Shown here: one piece after another, positions 1-5,571 of the stretch | Position numbering within the stretch: position 1 is the first letter of the stretch | How the letters are laid out: every line of letters begins with the position of its first letter | Virus record (IMG/VR): IMGVR_UViG_3300009507_002826 | Coordinates: 1 to 25,354 of that record | DNA from: a virus | Taxonomy: Duplodnaviria; Caudoviricetes | Reading direction: 5' to 3' (one strand) | Length of the DNA stretch: 25,354 nt | Position numbers and translations under genes: made by a program | The notes under the pieces: model-generated | What the model was told of the DNA's origin: nothing | Seen by the model: only the letters and a program-made list of their open reading frames with translations | Database searches by the model: none

Positions 1-1956
1 AATCATCATTTTATGAGTTGCATTATCAAACAACACACCGCCTGTTGCTTGATTTATTGCTAACATTAAATCATCAAAAAACGTTTTAAAGAAATCTTTT
101 ATAGAACTAAATAAAGTGCCTTGCTTGATTTGTTCCTTAAGATCCCTTGCTAAGTCTTGAGCAAATTTTGATATAGTGTCTACAAATTTTTCACGTGCAT
201 CGTCAAGTCTGGCTTGATATTCTGCATCTGATTCATCTTTGTCCTTCGCCCCCTGGGGCAGGAACAAATCGTCTATGTAAGTTGCAAGGCTATCAAAAGA
301 ATCTGTTATTGGACTATTATATCCAAACACGTTTGTTGCAAACTTTCTAATATTTTTAGTCATTGACTCGACACCTTTTGTAAAATCATAGGTTGCGTTA
401 CCGTTTTCATCTAGTGTTCTACCAAAACCTAAAAATTCCAAGGCAAACGTTTTACCAAAATCTCCTAATGTGGCAGTTACTTGGTTGGCCACAAACCCTA
501 GCCTGTTAAATACGTTTAATACAGACATCGTTTTGGGATCTAATTCTTTTCGCATTGACACAATGGCTTCCTCGGACAATGCTTGTGCTTTTCTGATCAT
601 GTTTTGTAAATCTGCCGCACCTTCGATACCATAACTAGCCATAGCATTAAGTTGAGTTCTTTGTTGTAGTGTGGTATTTCTAAGCAAATGTATCAAGTCA
701 AAACCTAAGTCTGCATTTAATGTGCCTGCTCCTCTATCAAACCTGGCCGCTTCTTTTTCTATCATGGTTATCAATTGAGGCATGTTCTGACCTAGAGTGA
801 TAAAATCACTTGAAAGTCCAGTGGCACCTTTGGATATTGATTCAAATATTGGATCTATAAGACTTTGTCCACCTACTGCACTTAAGGCCCTGCTTATGCT
901 TTGAGCATTATTGGCAAGTTCCATTGTGTTTCCGCCCATGGCTTTTACTTGTGACTGCATGAGATCAGTGTGATCTTCTCGTATTTGTGATTCATTTCGC
1001 AAATCTGCTTCTGACATACCCACAGCATTAGCAAATATTCTGAGTTCTCTGGCAGATCTCAATAAACTTGTTTGTAACTCTCTGCTGTTTTGATTTAACA
1101 CTAATCCAAATCTACGTCTATATTCTAATTCAGTCATTATGCTTTCGACAGAATCATCTGCTGTCATGCCCATTGCAAGTAATCCATTAGTTGTTAAAAG
1201 TGTAGTACTATATAAATTTGCAAAATTTTCAGCACCTAGTATCCTAAGAATTTTACTGTTTGCTTGTGCAAAGGTGGCAAATTCATCTAAACTCATTCCA
1301 GCCAGGTTTGCCGACCTTGCAACATTTTCAATGTTGGTTGTTAGACCTAATATGCCTCCTGTGCCTGCACTTAAACTATTATTAAGTATCTTGAATGTGT
1401 CTATAAAACTACTTCCTATATACTTTAATGCTCCTAGTACTGCTAGACCTAATGCACCCATTAACTTCTGAAGGCCGGTAACTGCTTTTGCAAATCCGCC
1501 CATTGCAACTCCGCCTACACTTGCAAAACTCATAATACCGTCACCGGAATTATTCAGATCCTTTAAAATTTTATTAAGATTGTCTGATTGATCATTGGTG
1601 TTTCTACCTAACTTGCCTAATTGCGTTAAACTGTCTTCAGTGAGATTGTTGAGTTCTTTGATAGCATTTTCCATGGCCTTGTTAGCGGCTTTATCTTCTT
1701 TTTGTTCTTTTTTATCATTGCTGTCTAATACTTTGAGTAATTTCTGTATTTCTTTATTACCATCCGCAGTTTTTTTAGTAGTCTCTTTATAACCTTTTAA
1801 TTGTAATCGCAGGATAGCCTCGATCTTTTGAGAACTGGTACCTAAACCTTTCAGTAAGGTTTGCATATTTTTCTGCGTGGCTTCTGTTGCCCATGCAGGA
1901 AGATTCTGAATAGTGCTAGTTACACCCTCGGTATTAGTTATTACAATGTCTGTCAT
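1..1956 (-). CDS. Tape measure-like tail protein, 3'-truncated by the window edge (>652 aa); missing from the ORF track
   Basis: ATG at 1956 with AGGA upstream. My translation stays open to position 1: MTDIVITNTEGVTSTIQNLPAWATEATQKNMQ... It is long, Ala/Gly/Leu-rich and helical, with a hydrophobic stretch (GGVAMGGFAKAVTGLQKLMGALGLAVLGAL). It is divergent from a tail-assembly-chaperone-like gene. The function is inferred. Confidence 0.7.
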   Translation of the reverse strand, partial: MTDIVITNTEGVTSTIQNLPAWATEATQKNMQTLLKGLGTSSQKIEAILRLQLKGYKETTKKTADGNKEIQKLLKVLDSNDKKEQKEDKAANKAMENAIKELNNLTEDSLTQLGKLGRNTNDQSDNLNKILKDLNNSGDGIMSFASVGGVAMGGFAKAVTGLQKLMGALGLAVLGALKYIGSSFIDTFKILNNSLSAGTGGILGLTTNIENVARSANLAGMSLDEFATFAQANSKILRILGAENFANLYSTTLLTTNGLLAMGMTADDSVESIMTELEYRRRFGLVLNQNSRELQTSLLRSARELRIFANAVGMSEADLRNESQIREDHTDLMQSQVKAMGGNTMELANNAQSISRALSAVGGQSLIDPIFESISKGATGLSSDFITLGQNMPQLITMIEKEAARFDRGAGTLNADLGFDLIHLLRNTTLQQRTQLNAMASYGIEGAADLQNMIRKAQALSEEAIVSMRKELDPKTMSVLNVFNRLGFVANQVTATLGDFGKTFALEFLGFGRTLDENGNATYDFTKGVESMTKNIRKFATNVFGYNSPITDSFDSLATYIDDLFLPQGAKDKDESDAEYQARLDDAREKFVDTISKFAQDLARDLKEQIKQGTLFSSIKDFFKTFFDDLMLAINQATGGVLFDNATHKMMI

Positions 1957-1987
1957 TTCAATTCCTGTAAACTGAGTATATTATAAT

Positions 1988-1996
1988 CGATAAATA
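1988..1996 (+). promoter_or_regulatory. Late promoter motif CGATAAATA for the gp26-like gene
   Basis: Resembles the T4 late promoter TATAAATA. The same motif recurs upstream of several structural genes, and a gp55-like sigma is encoded in the window. Confidence 0.7.
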
Positions 1997-2028
1997 ACAC
2001 TACAAATAAAGTGATGCTTCGATAGTTA

Positions 2029-2037
2029 TATTTATCG
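2029..2037 (-). promoter_or_regulatory. Late promoter motif CGATAAATA for the tape-measure-like gene
   Basis: Plus-strand TATTTATCG is the exact reverse complement of the motif at 1988-1996. Confidence 0.7.
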
Positions 2038-2069
2038 TTTTTATTAAAACATCACATATTGGAGAGAAT

Positions 2070-2915
2070 ATGACACAGAATACTAACCCTTTAGCAGATT
2101 TTTACAGAAATCCCAAGTTATATGTAGCATTACCAAGTGGTACTGATTTTTATAGCAAAGATGTTGTTGAAATGACCGAAGTTGGTGAACTGCCGGTTTA
2201 CCCAATGACAGCAAAAGATGACATTCTTACAAAAAACCCAGACGCACTATTAAATGGTGATGCAGTTATAAAACTTGTTAAGAGTTGTGTTCCTGCTGTA
2301 AAAAATCCTGCTTTACTACTTGCCCCAGATATGGAAGTATTGCTGATTGCAATTAGACAAGCAAGTTCAGATACTAAATTTATGGAAGTTTCTAGAAACT
2401 GTCCAGAATGCAATGAGCCAAACAGATTCGATTTTGATTTATCTGTTGCATTAGCAGAATCACAAGAGATCGAAGCACTCAAAGAAGTTGTGTTATCAAA
2501 CGGTTTAAAAGTATTAATATCGCCTACAAATTACATGCACACCATACAAGGTGCCAAGGCAGTTATAGAACAAAATAGACAGTTTCAAAATATAGATGTA
2601 AATAACAGTGACGAACAATTAAAGGCATTAGGTGATGCACTGGAAAAACTTAGCACAATGAACTACGAAGTTATTCTTAATTCTATAGTAAGTATCACAA
2701 TACCAGATTCAGGACTTGTAGTTGACGATGTAAAACAAATTGCAGATTTTTTAGATAATGTAGAAAAAGCAATTGGCATAGAATTAAATGATGCAGTTTC
2801 TCAAATTAACAATGGTGGCATCCAAAAAGAAGTAGAAATGCAATGCGGTGAGTGTGAACATGTTTACACTACACCTATAAACTACGATCCAGTAGGTTTT
2901 TTCTTAAATTCCTAG
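2070..2915 (+). CDS. T4 gp26-like baseplate hub/tail assembly chaperone (281 aa)
   Basis: N-terminal NPLADFYRNPKLYVALPSG...PMTAKDDILTKNPDALLNG, two CxxC pairs (CPEC, CGEC) and a C-terminal 'GFF'. GGAG RBS upstream. Confidence 0.75.
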   Translation: MTQNTNPLADFYRNPKLYVALPSGTDFYSKDVVEMTEVGELPVYPMTAKDDILTKNPDALLNGDAVIKLVKSCVPAVKNPALLLAPDMEVLLIAIRQASSDTKFMEVSRNCPECNEPNRFDFDLSVALAESQEIEALKEVVLSNGLKVLISPTNYMHTIQGAKAVIEQNRQFQNIDVNNSDEQLKALGDALEKLSTMNYEVILNSIVSITIPDSGLVVDDVKQIADFLDNVEKAIGIELNDAVSQINNGGIQKEVEMQCGECEHVYTTPINYDPVGFFLNS

Positions 2916-2954
2916 GTGGGGCAGACCCTGAGCAAATCAGGGACTATCTAGGAA
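2897..2954 (+). promoter_or_regulatory. Programmed -1 ribosomal frameshift signal (slippery heptamer plus stimulatory hairpin)
   Basis: T TTT TTC (2897-2903) is phased X XXY YYZ in the gp26 frame. After a 5-nt spacer, TTCCTAGGTGG (2909-2919) pairs with CTATCTAGGAA (2944-2954), topped by CCCTGA-GCAAA-TCAGGG (2926-2942). Confidence 0.75.
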
Positions 2955-3181
2955 GTCTAGAACAGCAAACAGACGATATCACAAAGGGCATTGCTGATTT
3001 TGTTATGTATTCTGAAGGTGCTATTGACTGGCCTACTGCCTGGCATATGGGCGTAGTCGATCAGGTTATGGTACTACAGTCTTTTAGTTCGTATATTACT
3101 GCCAAGAACGGCGGTAAAAAAGATAATGAAATGAAACAGGAAATGATACCTGATTCTGCACCTCCGCCATCAGAGGAATAA
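2903..3181 (+). CDS. -1 frame extension of the gp26-like chaperone (92 aa; gp51-like / lambda gpT-like segment); not in the ORF track
   Basis: Open frame LKFLGGADPEQIRDYLGSLEQQTDDITKGIADFVMYSEGAIDWPTAWHMGVVDQVMVLQSFSSYITAKNGGKKDNEMKQEMIPDSAPPPSEE* ending at TAA 3179-3181. The first in-frame ATG is only at 3005 and has no RBS. Confidence 0.7.
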   Translation, partial: LKFLGGADPEQIRDYLGSLEQQTDDITKGIADFVMYSEGAIDWPTAWHMGVVDQVMVLQSFSSYITAKNGGKKDNEMKQEMIPDSAPPPSEE

Positions 3182-4066
3182 GTCTTTACTGTTATTGCCT
3201 TTTAATTGTTCCACATGCATAACACCATCATCATGCTCGTTTATCAAATGCTCTAAGTCAAGTTGTTCTAACTGGTCTACTATAGATTCGATTTCGTCGG
3301 ATAGATAACAATACTCTGAAACACAATTAATCACATTACCAGGAACCACACTTGCTTGTAATTTATACTTGGTGCGATCAAACATTGGTATTTGTTCATT
3401 GTGTTTTAAATGCAGTAATGCATGGTTAATGTTTCTGTGCATTACAAGACGCATAGCATCGAGTTCTTGTGCCGCTATACCAATGAACCCTTGATGTGTA
3501 TTGTGTTGCATAGCGACGTTTATAATGCGTTGTAGACCCCCTAGGTGACTGCACACTAATACTCTGTTATACAGTTGAAACCAACTTAATTTAAGTATGT
3601 AATTATCATGCTGTGGGTCTAGTAGGTCGCGGAAAGATACAGTATGCTCCGGCTTAAAATTTTTTACATTCCTGCCCAGCATATATCCAGCACCATCTTG
3701 CTTTATTATCCAATCGGCATACTCAGGTGCTTCGCTGTTTGTTTTAACTATGATTTCATCAGGGGAATCCTTGTACACCGACTCTGCTACATGTTGTGGA
3801 AACTGTTGCACAAGAAAACACATACTGCCTATCTTGGCAAACTCATGTGCAACTGTTACATCATGCTCTGCTATAGCCAATACACATTCTAGGAAGTCTT
3901 GTGGATGTCCTGATAAACCGTTGTGTTGTTTATCCAATAAAAGTTTAAACAATCCTAAGTTTCTAAAAGTCATGAGGTTGTCGATGAAACTGTTATTGTT
4001 TAAGTTATCACATGCTTCAAGAAATTCATGTTTTATGTGTAACCAATTATCTTCTACTGGTATCAT
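3170..4066 (-). CDS. Divergent acyl-CoA dehydrogenase-fold protein, HsaA/HpaH-type flavin-dependent monooxygenase-like (298 aa)
   Basis: N-terminal FRNLGLFKLLLDKQHNGLSGHPQDFLECVLAIAEHD...FPQHVAESVYKDSPD and C-terminal IGIAAQELDAMRLVMHRNI...EQIPMFDRTKYKLQ resemble, by eye, the helical domains of group D monooxygenase oxygenase subunits. The middle domain is shortened. Confidence 0.6.
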   Translation of the reverse strand: MIPVEDNWLHIKHEFLEACDNLNNNSFIDNLMTFRNLGLFKLLLDKQHNGLSGHPQDFLECVLAIAEHDVTVAHEFAKIGSMCFLVQQFPQHVAESVYKDSPDEIIVKTNSEAPEYADWIIKQDGAGYMLGRNVKNFKPEHTVSFRDLLDPQHDNYILKLSWFQLYNRVLVCSHLGGLQRIINVAMQHNTHQGFIGIAAQELDAMRLVMHRNINHALLHLKHNEQIPMFDRTKYKLQASVVPGNVINCVSEYCYLSDEIESIVDQLEQLDLEHLINEHDDGVMHVEQLKGNNSKDLFL

Positions 4067-4071
4067 GTTAA

Positions 4072-4079
4072 TATTTATG
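4072..4079 (-). promoter_or_regulatory. Late promoter motif CATAAATA, 5 nt before ATG 4066
   Basis: Plus-strand TATTTATG. No Shine-Dalgarno between the motif and the start. Confidence 0.6.
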
Positions 4080-4089
4080 TGTTAATGTT

Positions 4090-4590
4090 TATAGACACTT
4101 CGTGTCTTTGCCAACTGCAAACTTCATTCACTTCGTTCAATCAGTTTTTGTTTGCAATTTTTTTAAAAGAAGTTATCAAGTAACTTGAGCCATAATTCTC
4201 CTTATGCAAGGAGAACAATGTCAGGTGTCATCAAGTGAACCATTACCATCTCTAACTCGGGTGCTATTAGGAACCAGTGAGCCTTTTGTCCCCATACACT
4301 ACCGTCTCGAATCTCACGGAAATTGTTATAACCTTGTAGAGTTTAGTTATATCAATTTGTAGGTTGCTTTTTCTCAGAGCCTACATCCTTCTAATACTGT
4401 TTGTCGTGTGTTTGTATCTTTGCCGCTATACATCTCCAGAATCTCGCACCGGGTGTTTCCATTGCCGGATTGTCAAAGAGCCCGATATTCAGTGCCTCGG
4501 TTGGGGCGGGTGTATAGTCCTATTTGTGTGCCGTAATGTGAGTTAGACTTTGTGTCTGAGTGTGCCGTGTTTTTTGTGTTCTTCAGCAAA
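4090..4590 (-). ncRNA. Candidate large structured non-coding RNA of unrecognised family
   Basis: About 500 nt without a credible ORF in a gene-dense genome, locally GC-rich (33/60 G+C in 4441-4500). It has many helices (4093-4107, 4116-4156, 4170-4186, 4196-4215, 4320-4358, 4358-4385, 4426-4432 with 4511-4517). A G-U pair, a GAAA tetraloop and A-rich loops favour the minus strand. Ends are approximate. Confidence 0.6.
4526..4568. repeat. 9-bp direct repeat GTGTGCCGT x2 in a GT-rich tract
   Basis: Copies at 4526-4534 and 4560-4568 (ACGGCACAC on the minus strand). Confidence 0.6.
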
Positions 4591-4599
4591 TAGTTATCG
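4591..4599 (-). promoter_or_regulatory. Late-promoter-like CGATAACTA pointing into the candidate ncRNA
   Basis: One mismatch to CGATAAATA at 1988, 2029 and 9307. Positioned at the 5' edge of the structured region. Confidence 0.45.
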
Positions 4600-4640
4600 T
4601 CTTATGATGTTGCTTATAACATTTTTTGAGTAATCCTAGT

Positions 4641-4648
4641 CATAAATA
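4641..4648 (+). promoter_or_regulatory. Late promoter motif CATAAATA, 5 nt before ATG 4654
   Basis: CATAAATA-TTGCT-ATG, no SD. Confidence 0.6.
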
Positions 4649-4653
4649 TTGCT

Positions 4654-5151
4654 ATGGAGCATTTTACGATCACCGGCATTTTGACTAAAGATCAGTGTAC
4701 TGAAATAATAAACAAATTACCAGACGAATCTCCCAACCCTGGGGGTTTTACAATGGTACCTGGTTACTGGACTGACACCGACTGGAATAACACACATAAA
4801 ACATTTAATACGCACCGGATACGATTAACACGGGAGTTAGCAGAGTATGTTAGCAGTTTGATCAAGCCAGTAAGTATAGATTCAGAACCATACATAATAA
4901 CAAAGCATAATGTTTTCTATGCTAATTATTATAACAAAAATGACACTTGTACTAAACACAAAGATCTATCAAAGTACTCTATATGTATTCCCCTCAATGA
5001 CGAGTTTGAAGGCGGGATATTTTATATTGAGGATAAGCCTGTAGAACTAAAAGCAGGGGACGGAATACTTTTTCCAGGTGATACAGAACATGAAGTAAGC
5101 AAAGTTATTTCTGGTACTAGATGGAGTTTATGTATCTGGATTATGGAGTGA
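4654..5151 (+). CDS. 2OG-Fe(II) oxygenase, prolyl-4-hydroxylase-like (165 aa)
   Basis: HxD (HKD), LNDEFEGG, distal His (FPGDTEHEV) and 2OG-binding Arg (GTRWSL). Confidence 0.9.
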   Translation: MEHFTITGILTKDQCTEIINKLPDESPNPGGFTMVPGYWTDTDWNNTHKTFNTHRIRLTRELAEYVSSLIKPVSIDSEPYIITKHNVFYANYYNKNDTCTKHKDLSKYSICIPLNDEFEGGIFYIEDKPVELKAGDGILFPGDTEHEVSKVISGTRWSLCIWIME

Positions 5152-5571
5152 ATCTTTAACGCCTTCACGTAAGATTTTTGAACCACCTACTCGAACGTTG
5201 ATAATACCATTGTAGTAGTCATCACGCAATAACACTTTTCTTTCAAATTGTTCTCTTGCTTCTATATAACTAGCAACGCCTCTGCTAGGACAAAAGTATA
5301 AAATCTCTCTGGTAAATTTATCTTCACCTAGTGCTTCTACGTCTTCTTTTAGATTGTCCGAACTGCCCCAATAAGTTTGCCAATCGCTTTCTTTGAAACC
5401 ACGGCGTTTATTCTTTTTGCCTTTGAGTGGTGGTTTAGTAGTTTTAAACTTTGCTAGTTTCTTACCTACATACTTTTTGTTATTTGTGTTGTTAGTAATT
5501 AGATACACGAATGCTTCGCAATCTTCGGGTAAGTTGTCTACTGCCTTTCCGTTGTATGTCCAGTTGCTCAC
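5128..5571 (-). CDS. Stand-alone GIY-YIG nuclease (147 aa, GTG start)
   Basis: FVYLITN...KKYVGKK motif, YWGSS, FTREIL, catalytic Glu region (YIEAREQ) and YYN. Basic insert KPPLKGKKNKRR. No C-terminal DNA-binding domain. Confidence 0.85.
   Translation of the reverse strand: MSNWTYNGKAVDNLPEDCEAFVYLITNNTNNKKYVGKKLAKFKTTKPPLKGKKNKRRGFKESDWQTYWGSSDNLKEDVEALGEDKFTREILYFCPSRGVASYIEAREQFERKVLLRDDYYNGIINVRVGGSKILREGVKDSLHNPDT

Noticed and set aside
1139-1792. Plus-strand ORFs 1139-1471 and 1595-1792
   Set aside because: Antisense shadows of the long minus-strand tape-measure-like frame (1-1956), which the track omitted because it runs off the window.
4373-4520. Group I intron R/S-like words on plus (CTCAGAGCCTACA, GGTGTATAGTCC)
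   Set aside because: P7 would need GACTA/TAGTC but reads GCCTA (mismatch). No interrupted plus-strand gene flanks the region, and other cues favour the minus strand. A cmscan would settle it.
4500-4525. GGGGCGG as a possible tmRNA/tRNA 5' end
   Set aside because: No TTCGA T-arm, acceptor-stem partner or CCA end could be found on either strand.
4364-4546. 60-aa plus-strand ORF in the structured region
   Set aside because: TTG start, no RBS, Cys-rich atypical composition; better explained as a by-product of the non-coding element.
4526-4568. Direct repeats as a mini-CRISPR array
   Set aside because: Only two 9-bp copies, far shorter than CRISPR repeats, and no cas genes in the window.
5128-5571. 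GIY-YIG gene as a mobile Seg/intron homing endonuclease
   Set aside because: No NUMOD/HTH/zinc-finger recognition domain, and it does not interrupt a gene; it looks like a resident operon member.
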